Made by a program: the position numbers and the translations under genes
The notes under the pieces: model-generated
What the model saw: only the letters and a program-made list of their open reading frames with translations
What the model was told of the DNA's origin: nothing
Databases searched by the model: none
Origin: Nanobdellota archaeon
GTDB taxonomy: Archaea; Nanobdellota; Nanobdellia; Pacearchaeales; GW2011-AR1
Direction: 5' to 3'
DNA length: 44,246 bases
Assembly (NCBI GenBank): GCA_038045865.1
Contig: JBBSXH010000070.1
Coordinates: forward strand, 1-44,246
In this document: positions 7,582-16,458 of the stretch, in pieces
Layout of the letters: each line of letters starts with the position of its first letter
Numbering within the stretch: position 1 is the first letter of the stretch

Positions 7582-7666
7582 TTGGCTAATGAACCCAAGC
7601 GAGTAATAGTTATAGATATTAACAACAAAAATAAAGTAAGTTAAAAGATAAACAAAAACAAATAAA

Positions 7667-10471
7667 ATGGATGAAGAAAAAATAATTCAAGAACGTGAAA
7701 AAAAATTAATTAATTTTTTAAAAAAACCAGTTGTTTGGGTAACTTTCTTTTTAATCTTAGCAATTATCTTAGGAGTTTATATTAGAAGTATGCCAATGCA
7801 AGACCATTCTAAAGGACAAATACCTACCTTATTCCAGTTTGTTACAGGACAATCATTCACAGGAACACCTGGTTTATGGGACATCACAACAAACGATTGG
7901 ACATTAGGTCCTGATTTAGATCCCTGGCTTTTCACAAGACAAGCACAGATTATTGTAGATAATGGTTCTATGCCAGCAAGAGATAATATGAGGTATGTTC
8001 CTCTGGGGTTTAATAATGCAATTGAAACAAAACTATTACCTTATATGATTGCATGGACTTATTATCTAGTTAATTTATTTGGAGATTATTCTGTTAATTT
8101 TGCAGCAGCTTTTTTCCCAGTTTTAATGTTTGCTTTAACAATTATTTCTTTCTTTTTATTCACAAGAGAAATTTTTGTTAGAAAAATAAGTGATAAAAAA
8201 GAAGATAATAAAAATAAACTAAAAGCAAATTTAATTGCATTAATTTCTACTTTTTTCATGATTGTAATACCTATATTTTTATCAAGAACTCTTGCAGGAA
8301 TTCCTGAAAAAGAATCAGCTGCTTTCTTTTTTATGTTTTTAGCATTTTATTTTTTCTTGAAAGCTTGGAAAACTGAAAAAATAAGAAATTCTGCTATTTT
8401 AGGAGGTTTAGCAGGAATATCTACTACATTAATGGGATTAATTTCAGGATTAGTAACTTATATCTTTGTTGCAATTGGTGTAGCTAGTTTTTTAGCATTT
8501 ATCTTAAATAAGGTTTCTAAAAAAGAAGCATTTGCTTATGGGTGCTGGTTAGGGCTATCTATCTTTACATTGAATTTCTTTTCTGAAAAATATAATTTGT
8601 CTGGATTTTTAACATCCACAAGCAATTTAATTAGTGTTTTTGTTTTATTTGTTATTTTAATTCATATATTATTATGGGAAACTAAAATAAACAAATATTT
8701 TGAAAATTATTTAAAAAACATACCTAAAACCATAATCTCAATTATTATGGCTATTTTAATTGGAATTATTTTAGTAAGTATATTTTTTGGGATTAACTTT
8801 ATTCCTGATAAAATCTCTGGGCTCATTGATACCTTTATAAAACCCCTTAGTGGAAGATGGTCTAGTACTGTTGCAGAGAATAAACAACCATATTTCATAG
8901 AATGGGCAGGAAGTTTTGGTCCTTATTTAAAAAATATTCCTATTTTATTCTGGTTGTTTTTTATTGGCTCTATAATCTTGTTTAAGGATATGTTAAAACC
9001 TCTGTTAAAAAAAGATAAGTGGATTTTAACAGGGCTTTATATATTGTTTTTCTTCGGGCTTGTATTTTCAAGATATGCGCCCCATCCAGCATTATTCGAT
9101 GGAGAGGGATTTATTAGCAGGATATTTTATTTTGGTTCTGCATTATTATTAATAGGCACTTTAATTTATCTTTATATAAAATATCACAAACAAGGATTAA
9201 GAAAATTTGAAGAAATTGATTTTGAATATTTATTTTTCTTTTCAATTTTTATCTTGACATTATTTACTGCAAGAAGTGCTGTAAGACTAATTATGGTTTT
9301 AGGCCCAATTTCAGTTATACTAATTGGTTATTTAATCATAAATTCTTTATTTAGTTTTAAAAATTCTAAAGAAGATTTAAATAAGACCATTTTAGGAGTG
9401 CTTATTTTGGTTATTCTTTTATTGTCTATTTTTACTTTTAATTCATATTACAAGCAAATAAAAATTGAATCCTATAGTATGGTCCCTTCTTATTACAATC
9501 AGCAATGGCAAAAAGCAATGAATTGGACTAGATTAGATACTCCAACAAATTCTGTTTTTGCTCACTGGTGGGATTATGGTTATTGGGTTCAGAGTATTGG
9601 AGATAGGGCAACTGTCTTGGATGGAGGTAATGCATATGTTTATTGGAATTATTTAATGGGCAGATTAGTTTTAACAGGCGATAATCAAAAAGACGCATTA
9701 GATTTTTTATATGCTCATAATGCGACCCATCTTTTAATAGATTCTTCAGATATTGGAAAGTATGGAGCATTTTCAAGTATAGGTAGTGATGCAAATTATG
9801 ATAGATATTCTTGGATTGGAAACTTTTTATTAGATGAAAAACAAACTCAAGAAACAAATAATCAAACTCTTTTGGTTTATACAGGAGGAATTGCATTAGA
9901 TGAAGATTTAACTATTAAAGAAAATGGAAAAGATATTTTCCTTCCTGGACAAAAAGCTGGAGTTGGAGCAATTATTATACCTGTAAAAAATGATAATAAT
10001 CAGACTCAACAATTTTTACAACCCTATGTAATAATAGTTTATCAAAACAAACAATATAAAGTTAATTTAAGATATCTTGCAAATTCAAATCAATTTGTTG
10101 ATTTTGGTTCTGGAATTGAAGCTACTGCATTTGTATTACCTGAATTAATAAATTCTGGGCAAGGATTAAGCTCGAATCCTATTGGTTCTGCAATGTTTTT
10201 GTCTCCTAGATTAATGAGAAGTATGCTAATACAAAAATATATCTTAAATGACCCCTTTAAAAAATTTCCTAATTTTAAATTAGCTCATACAGAACCCAAC
10301 CTAATAATAAATGATTTAAATGCCCAAGGAATGAATCTCCCTGATTTTATTTATTATCAAGGTATTCAAGGCCCAATAAAAATTTGGGAAATTAAATATA
10401 CTGGACAAGAAAAAATAAAGCAAGAATATTTAGACACAGACCCAACCAAGTATCTAACCTGGAAATTGTAA
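7667..10471 (+). CDS. aglB: Archaeal oligosaccharyltransferase AglB (STT3 family)
   Basis: The 934-aa protein has about 13 N-terminal TM helices followed by a soluble domain. The catalytic WWDYG motif is seen directly (AHWWDYGYWV, codons at 9566-9580, in frame with the ATG at 7667). Confidence 0.9.
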   Translation: MDEEKIIQEREKKLINFLKKPVVWVTFFLILAIILGVYIRSMPMQDHSKGQIPTLFQFVTGQSFTGTPGLWDITTNDWTLGPDLDPWLFTRQAQIIVDNGSMPARDNMRYVPLGFNNAIETKLLPYMIAWTYYLVNLFGDYSVNFAAAFFPVLMFALTIISFFLFTREIFVRKISDKKEDNKNKLKANLIALISTFFMIVIPIFLSRTLAGIPEKESAAFFFMFLAFYFFLKAWKTEKIRNSAILGGLAGISTTLMGLISGLVTYIFVAIGVASFLAFILNKVSKKEAFAYGCWLGLSIFTLNFFSEKYNLSGFLTSTSNLISVFVLFVILIHILLWETKINKYFENYLKNIPKTIISIIMAILIGIILVSIFFGINFIPDKISGLIDTFIKPLSGRWSSTVAENKQPYFIEWAGSFGPYLKNIPILFWLFFIGSIILFKDMLKPLLKKDKWILTGLYILFFFGLVFSRYAPHPALFDGEGFISRIFYFGSALLLIGTLIYLYIKYHKQGLRKFEEIDFEYLFFFSIFILTLFTARSAVRLIMVLGPISVILIGYLIINSLFSFKNSKEDLNKTILGVLILVILLLSIFTFNSYYKQIKIESYSMVPSYYNQQWQKAMNWTRLDTPTNSVFAHWWDYGYWVQSIGDRATVLDGGNAYVYWNYLMGRLVLTGDNQKDALDFLYAHNATHLLIDSSDIGKYGAFSSIGSDANYDRYSWIGNFLLDEKQTQETNNQTLLVYTGGIALDEDLTIKENGKDIFLPGQKAGVGAIIIPVKNDNNQTQQFLQPYVIIVYQNKQYKVNLRYLANSNQFVDFGSGIEATAFVLPELINSGQGLSSNPIGSAMFLSPRLMRSMLIQKYILNDPFKKFPNFKLAHTEPNLIINDLNAQGMNLPDFIYYQGIQGPIKIWEIKYTGQEKIKQEYLDTDPTKYLTWKL

Positions 10472-10553
10472 ATTAATTAAATAATCCAAAAAAGACAATT
10501 ATTCTTTAGGATTAATATGTAAGATTTAAAAGCATCAAATTTCTTTATAATAT

Positions 10554-11567
10554 ATGAATCTATTAATTTTAATTGGGCTTGCAGTAAGTTTTTTTTCAGT
10601 TTTATTTTTTTTACCTTTCTGGATTAGAAAATGTAAAGAAATAGGATATGTTTGGAATGATATGAATAAGTTTAATCATCAGAAAAATGTTGCAGGTTCT
10701 GGAGGATTAATAGTTGTTTTAAGTTTTATTTTAGGAGTTCTTTGCTATATTGCTATAAGAACATTTGTATTTTCAAATGGAGTTAATATTAATCTTCAAA
10801 TTTTTAGTTTATTAGCAGTTATTTTAATATTTGCTATCCTTGGATTTATTGATGATTTTTTGGGTTGGGAAAGTGGGGGGTTATCAATAAAGTTCAGATT
10901 ATTTTTAGCATTTTTTGCATCAATACCATTAGTAGTAATTAATGCAGGAAATTCTTCAATGAATTTCCCATTTTTTGGATTAGTTGAGTTTGGATTAATT
11001 TACCCATTAATAATTGTCCCAATAGGTATTGCTGGTGCTGCAACAACATATAATTTTTTAGCAGGGTTTAATGGACTGGAAACAGGGCAAGGTGCGATTA
11101 TATTAAGTTTTCTCAGTATTCTTGCTTATATCACTGGAACTCCTTGGCTTGCTTTAGTTGGATTAATCATGGTAACAAGCCTTATCGCATTTTATTTTTA
11201 TAATAAATGTCCTGCAAAAGCATTTCCAGGAGATATACTTACTTATTCAATAGGTTCATTAATTGCGATTATCGCTATTTTAGGTAATCTTGAAAAAATC
11301 GCAGTATTTATTTTTATTCCTTATATTCTAGAAGTATGTTTAAAATTAAGAGGAAGATTAAAAAAACATTCATTCGCTAAACCGAATAAAGATAATAGTC
11401 TAGAAATGCCTTATGATAAAATATATGGAATGACTCATTTATCATTATTTATTCTTAAAAAATTCAAGAAAAAAGTATATGAAAAAGATGTTGTTTATTT
11501 TATATTTGCAGTTCAAATAATCATCTGCTTGCTAGCATTATTAATCTTTAGAGGAAGTTTATTATGA
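10554..11567 (+). CDS. Polyprenyl-phosphate GlcNAc-1-phosphate transferase (MraY/WecA/AglH family)
   Basis: This polytopic membrane protein carries GFIDDFLGW and YNFLAGFNGLETGQ, which are hallmarks of the family. It lies directly downstream of aglB. Confidence 0.8.
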   Translation: MNLLILIGLAVSFFSVLFFLPFWIRKCKEIGYVWNDMNKFNHQKNVAGSGGLIVVLSFILGVLCYIAIRTFVFSNGVNINLQIFSLLAVILIFAILGFIDDFLGWESGGLSIKFRLFLAFFASIPLVVINAGNSSMNFPFFGLVEFGLIYPLIIVPIGIAGAATTYNFLAGFNGLETGQGAIILSFLSILAYITGTPWLALVGLIMVTSLIAFYFYNKCPAKAFPGDILTYSIGSLIAIIAILGNLEKIAVFIFIPYILEVCLKLRGRLKKHSFAKPNKDNSLEMPYDKIYGMTHLSLFILKKFKKKVYEKDVVYFIFAVQIIICLLALLIFRGSLL

Positions 11568-11974
11568 TTAGAAGTTTTATTAAAAATCATTTTTGGAAAT
11601 TTGTGATGTTTTGTTTTGTTGGGCTAACCGCTACTTTGATTCATATAGGGGTCTTTAATCTTTTTAGATTTTTTTTAAGTTTTAGTTTTATTATAGCAGT
11701 ATTATCTGGGGTGTTTGTTTCAATAATCTATAATTTTTTAATGAATAGGACTTTTACATTTAAAGCAAAAGATAATGCAATTAAAAAACAATTACCCCGT
11801 TTTCTTATAATTTACACGGTTTCAATAACTGTTAATATAACTACTGCCCTATTAGTAAATTTAATATTAGGGGCAGGGGTATTAAAAGAAAATATTGCTA
11901 CAATAAGTGGAATAATTTTAAGTATCCCATTTAGTTTTTTTGGTTCCTTGCTATGGGCTTTTAAAAAAGACTGA
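11564..11974 (+). CDS. GtrA-family membrane protein (putative lipid-linked sugar translocation)
   Basis: The 136-aa ORF has four TM helices, FCFVGLTATLIHIGVFNLF at the N-terminus and NRTFTFK after TM2. Its start overlaps the upstream stop as ATGA. Confidence 0.7.
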   Translation: MIRSFIKNHFWKFVMFCFVGLTATLIHIGVFNLFRFFLSFSFIIAVLSGVFVSIIYNFLMNRTFTFKAKDNAIKKQLPRFLIIYTVSITVNITTALLVNLILGAGVLKENIATISGIILSIPFSFFGSLLWAFKKD

Positions 11975-11992
11975 TTTAAAAAGACTGATTTA
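11965..11992 (+). repeat. Perfect 14-nt tandem duplication spanning the GtrA stop codon
   Basis: AAAAGACTGATTTA occurs at 11965-11978 and again at 11979-11992. The first copy contains the TGA stop of 11564-11974. Confidence 0.8.
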
Positions 11993-12066
11993 ATTATATC
12001 TTTCTTGAAACAATATGTATTTAAGAATAAAATTAACTTTTTAAAGGACAATAAGTGCAAGATTAT

Positions 12067-13485
12067 ATGAAAATATTACTAATGAATCCTCCTATGAAAG
12101 AGAAAGAGCTTTTTACTAAGAGTTCAAAAGAAACTGCAAGTAGGATCCCTCCATTAGGACTAGCTTATTTAGGTGCATATCTTGAAAAACAAGGTCATGA
12201 GGTTATGATTTGGGATGGTTTTGTTGAAAGAGATAGTTGGGAAGAAATAAAAAAAAAAGCAGAAAAATATGATTTATTAGGAATACATGTCTTAACAAGT
12301 TTTGCACTAAGGTCTTATCAATTCGCAAAATTTCTTAAAGAAAAACTTCCTAACAAACCAATAGTCTTAGGAGGATGTCATGTTTCTGCATTACCTATTG
12401 AAGCAATAACTAACCCTTTTATAGATTATGTTGTTGTTGGTGAAGGAGAAATTACTTTAGCAGAATTATGTTGGGTTTTAGAAAATAAAAAATATAAAAT
12501 AAAAGATGTCTTGGGAGTATATTACAAAGATAAAAAGAATACTATTAGGTTTAATGGCCAAAGACCTCTTATTAAAAATTTAGATATATTGCCTTTACCT
12601 GCAAGACACTTATTCAAATGGGAGTTATATAAAACAAGTGAAGCAAGAAAAAGTTCTCTTAAGAAAGATGTTGGGATATTAACTAGTAGAGGATGCCCAT
12701 ATCAATGTAGTTATTGTAGTAAAGATGTTACTGGACACAAGATAAGAAATTTTAGTATCCCAAAAGTAATAGAAGAAATTAAACAATTAATTAAGAATTA
12801 TGCTGTGGAAGAAATTTCTATCTGGGACGAAACATTTACTTTACAAAAAGAGAGAGTAATTGAATTTTGCAATGCTCTCAAAAAAGAAAACATAAAGATA
12901 TCTTGGACTTGTTCTAGTAGAGTTGATAAAGTTGATGAAGAATTATTGCAGATAATGAAAAAACATGGATGTAATTTTATTGCTTATGGAATTGAATCAG
13001 GAAATAATGAAATTTTAAAGACTATAAACAAAGGGATAACAAAAGAAAAAATAATTGAAGCTATTAAAATAACTAAAAAAGTAGGAATACCTATAAGAGG
13101 TTATTTTATGATAGGATTATGGGGAGATAATAAAAAAACTATAATGGATACTATCAATTTTTCAAAAAAATTAGATTTAGATATTGCTACTTTTACTCTA
13201 ATGGTTCCTCTCCCAAACACTTTGGATTACAAAAGAGCATCTCAACAAGATAATTTTGTTAAGGAATATTGGAAATTAAGAATGTTTCCAGAATTTAATT
13301 TTTTAGATTCTCCAATATATATTCCAAAAAATATGAAAAAACAAGAATTAATGAGATTACATAAAAAAGCTTATTTTTCTTTTTATTTTAGACCTAAGTT
13401 CATTATTAAACAACTGAAAAATACAAAGTCTATAAAAGATATTAAAAGATTGTCTGCAGGATTAAGAACATTAATAAAAATTTAA
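12067..13485 (+). CDS. B12-binding-domain radical SAM enzyme (class B type)
   Basis: The N-terminus KILLMNPP...GLAYLGAYLEKQGHEV...VLGGCHVSALP forms a cobalamin-binding Rossmann-like domain. The CX3CX2C motif is LTSRGCPYQCSYCS (Cys codons at 12694, 12706 and 12715). I prefer the ATG at 12067 over the GTG at 12055 used by the ORF track. Confidence 0.85.
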   Translation: MKILLMNPPMKEKELFTKSSKETASRIPPLGLAYLGAYLEKQGHEVMIWDGFVERDSWEEIKKKAEKYDLLGIHVLTSFALRSYQFAKFLKEKLPNKPIVLGGCHVSALPIEAITNPFIDYVVVGEGEITLAELCWVLENKKYKIKDVLGVYYKDKKNTIRFNGQRPLIKNLDILPLPARHLFKWELYKTSEARKSSLKKDVGILTSRGCPYQCSYCSKDVTGHKIRNFSIPKVIEEIKQLIKNYAVEEISIWDETFTLQKERVIEFCNALKKENIKISWTCSSRVDKVDEELLQIMKKHGCNFIAYGIESGNNEILKTINKGITKEKIIEAIKITKKVGIPIRGYFMIGLWGDNKKTIMDTINFSKKLDLDIATFTLMVPLPNTLDYKRASQQDNFVKEYWKLRMFPEFNFLDSPIYIPKNMKKQELMRLHKKAYFSFYFRPKFIIKQLKNTKSIKDIKRLSAGLRTLIKI

Positions 13486-13505
13486 AAAATATTCTTTGGA
13501 TAAAC

Positions 13506-14222
13506 TTAAGGTTTTCTGCATACCCCAAATATACTTATTCCTGGAGGAGTTTTAATTTTTTTTTTAAACCAAAAATTTTCTGTTTTAAGGATATTGTACA
13601 AAACAGAATCTATAATAGGATTCGTTATGGGATTTTCTACTTTGGGCTTAGAATATTTTTTTATTAATCTACTAATCACTAAAGGTAAAAATAAAGTGAA
13701 ATTCCAGTAGTTAAAGTATGGATCTTTAAATTCTTTGAAAAGACTTTTCAAATCTTTTTTAGAATATCTTCTTTTATGTTCTACAGCTTTATCATGAGAG
13801 CTGTATATAAATTGAAAAGCAGGTACTGAAAAAATTAGAAAACCATTTTTTTTCAGAACTCTGTATACTTCCGAGATAGCTTTTTTATCATCTTTAATAT
13901 GCTCAAAAACATCAAATGCTACAACTAACTCAAAAAATTCATCAGGATAACTTATATTACAAGCATCACAAATTTTTCTCTCTTTATATAGGTCTTTAGG
14001 TATTAACTTTAATGCTTTTTTTTCTATATCTGTAACATAAACTTCTCCAAATTTATTTAAAGAATATAATTCTTCACCTGTTCCAGCACCCAAACTTAAA
14101 ATTTTTAATTTTTTTGAATGATTTTCAATATATTTTTGCAATAATATTTCTATTAAATCTACTTTGGCTCTAAACCAAAAATTAGTTTTAGAATTTCCTG
14201 CAAGATAATCTTTATAATCCAT
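13506..14222 (-). CDS. Class I SAM-dependent methyltransferase
   Basis: Motif I is ILSLGAGTGEE, followed by an acidic loop (VYVTDIE) and the post-I region VVAFDVFEHI. Confidence 0.7.
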   Translation of the reverse strand: MDYKDYLAGNSKTNFWFRAKVDLIEILLQKYIENHSKKLKILSLGAGTGEELYSLNKFGEVYVTDIEKKALKLIPKDLYKERKICDACNISYPDEFFELVVAFDVFEHIKDDKKAISEVYRVLKKNGFLIFSVPAFQFIYSSHDKAVEHKRRYSKKDLKSLFKEFKDPYFNYWNFTLFLPLVISRLIKKYSKPKVENPITNPIIDSVLYNILKTENFWFKKKIKTPPGISIFGVCRKP

Positions 14223-14925
14223 AGAAAATAGTCTTAAATTTATATTTAAATAACTTTAAAATAGATACAAACCCATCTTTAATAGTTAGTTTAGAACCTT
14301 CTGAATCTTTCCAATTTATAGGGTACTCATAAATCTTAAACCCATTTTTTTTGCAAAGATATAATAAATTCACATCAAATATCCATCCAGATTCAAGATA
14401 ATTTTTAACTAAAAATTTAGCAATATTTTTTTTGAATAACTTTGCTCCACACTGAGTATCATAATATTTTAAATTAAATAATAGTTTAACAAATAAATTA
14501 AAAAAAAAACTGGATAAGTCTTGCATCTTTCTTCTTTTTGGATTAATTATCGCTCCTTTTATTTTTCGAGAACCAACTATTCCTGCATAATTATCTTTGT
14601 ATTTATATAACTTATAGAAATTTTCTGGATTAGTACTATTATCTGCATCACTAAACCCAATATACTCTCCTTTAGCTAATTCAAATCCAGTCATTACAGC
14701 TCTGCCCTTTCCAGAATAATTAGGGATATTGAAAACCCTTATCTGCTTCTTATTTTTAGCAAATTTTTGAGTAATTTCTAAAGTATTATCTTTGCAATTA
14801 TTTGGTATAACAATTATTTCAAATTCATTTCGAAATTTATCATTAAAAAAATTATAATACTCTTCTAAGGTAGGAATAATCCTTTTTTCTTCATTATACG
14901 CAGGAATTATTATTGATAGTTTCAT
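14212..14925 (-). CDS. GT2 glycosyltransferase, polyprenyl/dolichyl-phosphate hexose synthase-like (GtrB/Dpm1 type)
   Basis: The ORF begins MKLSIIIPAYNEEKRI and carries the DxD-like GFSDADNS. It is short (237 aa) and soluble, as in Dpm1/GtrB-type enzymes. Confidence 0.75.
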   Translation of the reverse strand: MKLSIIIPAYNEEKRIIPTLEEYYNFFNDKFRNEFEIIVIPNNCKDNTLEITQKFAKNKKQIRVFNIPNYSGKGRAVMTGFELAKGEYIGFSDADNSTNPENFYKLYKYKDNYAGIVGSRKIKGAIINPKRRKMQDLSSFFFNLFVKLLFNLKYYDTQCGAKLFKKNIAKFLVKNYLESGWIFDVNLLYLCKKNGFKIYEYPINWKDSEGSKLTIKDGFVSILKLFKYKFKTIFYGL

Positions 14926-16424
14926 CTTAAATTATATACTATCAAACTAGGTTGTTTTTTAGTCAAATCTGTAAAATAAATCTGTGCTATTGTTAGATTT
15001 TCCTCTTGGGGAAAAGAATACATCCAGTTGTCATGTCCTTCAAATATAGAAACCACATAAAATTTAAAATTTTTGTCAGAAGAAACTAAGGACTTTAATT
15101 CTTCTTTATCTGATGGGATCATTAAAGTTTTTCTTTCTGAGTAATATTCTATTTGAGGCCAACTTTTGCTAAGGATTTTATCAGAAAACTTAGAGTTTTG
15201 TTTTAACCATAGCCCTGCTTCTTTTACAGGATAATAAGAACTTAATTTATTTTTTATAAGAGAATCTCCAGAATGAATTTGAAAATATGAAAGATAACCC
15301 AATAAAAATATTATAATTAAGATTACTATAATTTTTCCAATTTTTCCTTTTAAAAAATGATATAGAGTTAGAATAAAATAACCTGAAATTATAAAAATTG
15401 CAGGAAATGAATTTAAAATATATCTATCTTCATTAACATGAAGAGAAAAACTTATTAGGAGAATTGGAAATATTAATATTAATATTAAATAAAGATATTT
15501 TTTAATTTCAGTATTATCTTCTTTAAACAACAAATCAAAACCAATGAACAATTTATACATAGCAAATAATCCTAATACAAAAATAATTAATCCAATCCAA
15601 GAAAGATATACTGGAAACAAAAAAATGTAGTTCATTAAAGTAGATATCCCTCCTGAGAGGATATTCTCTTTAGGAGCATTCCATTTTCCAGCTTCTAAGA
15701 TAACAAACTTACCAAATTTAATATATCCCCAGATTATATATGGGGAGATTGTTAAGAAAAATAGAATAACTGAAACCCATACCTCTTTTAATTTAAATAA
15801 TTTTAATCTTTCAGTGATTAATGCATAAATCACTATGGCAAATAATAATGCTACAGTAGGTATTCTAAACATTGTTCCGATGCCGATTAAAACTGTTCCA
15901 ACATATAATGAGATTACAGACTTTTTTATGAAATATCTATAAAAGAAAAATGCAGAAAATGTATAAAATGCAAGAGAAACTAAATCAACAAGAAGCCTAT
16001 ATGTAAAAAAAAGATTTAAGTAAAAAACAGACATGAATAATGCTGAAACTATTCCAATCTTCCTATCAAAAATTTCTTTTCCTAGCAAATAAATTCCAAT
16101 AATTGTGGACATAGAAATCAAAAGAATAAATATTCTTGGTAAAAATTCTGAAACAGAGATTCTTAAGAATAGAGAACTAATGAATGAGAATAAAATCGGT
16201 CTAACTGTTAAAAACGTATAATCCCAACCAAATGCCCAGGCTTTAGCCATACTCATATATTCAGCTTCATCCCACCATAATGCCTGATTATAAGTTAAAA
16301 AAAAATAGTATATCCTGATGATTATTGCAAAAATTAAAACGCCTAAAAAAGCAAGGTTATAGGGATTCTTTATCCATTTAATTATTTTCTCTTTCCTATA
16401 TTCTATAATTTTTGACCCTTCCAT
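14922..16424 (-). CDS. GT-C fold glycosyltransferase (PMT/ArnT-like, family 39/83 type)
   Basis: This 500-aa polytopic protein has an extracytoplasmic first-loop acidic motif (ALWWDEAEYMSMA) and a C-terminal soluble domain. It is translationally coupled (ATGA) to the GT2 downstream. Confidence 0.65.
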   Translation of the reverse strand: MEGSKIIEYRKEKIIKWIKNPYNLAFLGVLIFAIIIRIYYFFLTYNQALWWDEAEYMSMAKAWAFGWDYTFLTVRPILFSFISSLFLRISVSEFLPRIFILLISMSTIIGIYLLGKEIFDRKIGIVSALFMSVFYLNLFFTYRLLVDLVSLAFYTFSAFFFYRYFIKKSVISLYVGTVLIGIGTMFRIPTVALLFAIVIYALITERLKLFKLKEVWVSVILFFLTISPYIIWGYIKFGKFVILEAGKWNAPKENILSGGISTLMNYIFLFPVYLSWIGLIIFVLGLFAMYKLFIGFDLLFKEDNTEIKKYLYLILILIFPILLISFSLHVNEDRYILNSFPAIFIISGYFILTLYHFLKGKIGKIIVILIIIFLLGYLSYFQIHSGDSLIKNKLSSYYPVKEAGLWLKQNSKFSDKILSKSWPQIEYYSERKTLMIPSDKEELKSLVSSDKNFKFYVVSIFEGHDNWMYSFPQEENLTIAQIYFTDLTKKQPSLIVYNLR

Positions 16425-16458
16425 AAGATATATCAGAAATAAAGGTTTTTATAGGTTA

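Noticed and set aside
12055-12066. The GTG start at 12055 used by the ORF track for the first B12 radical SAM.
   Set aside because: The ATG at 12067 yields MKILLMNPP, the canonical beginning of this domain family. The four extra residues (QDY plus the start) have no support. Either start remains possible.
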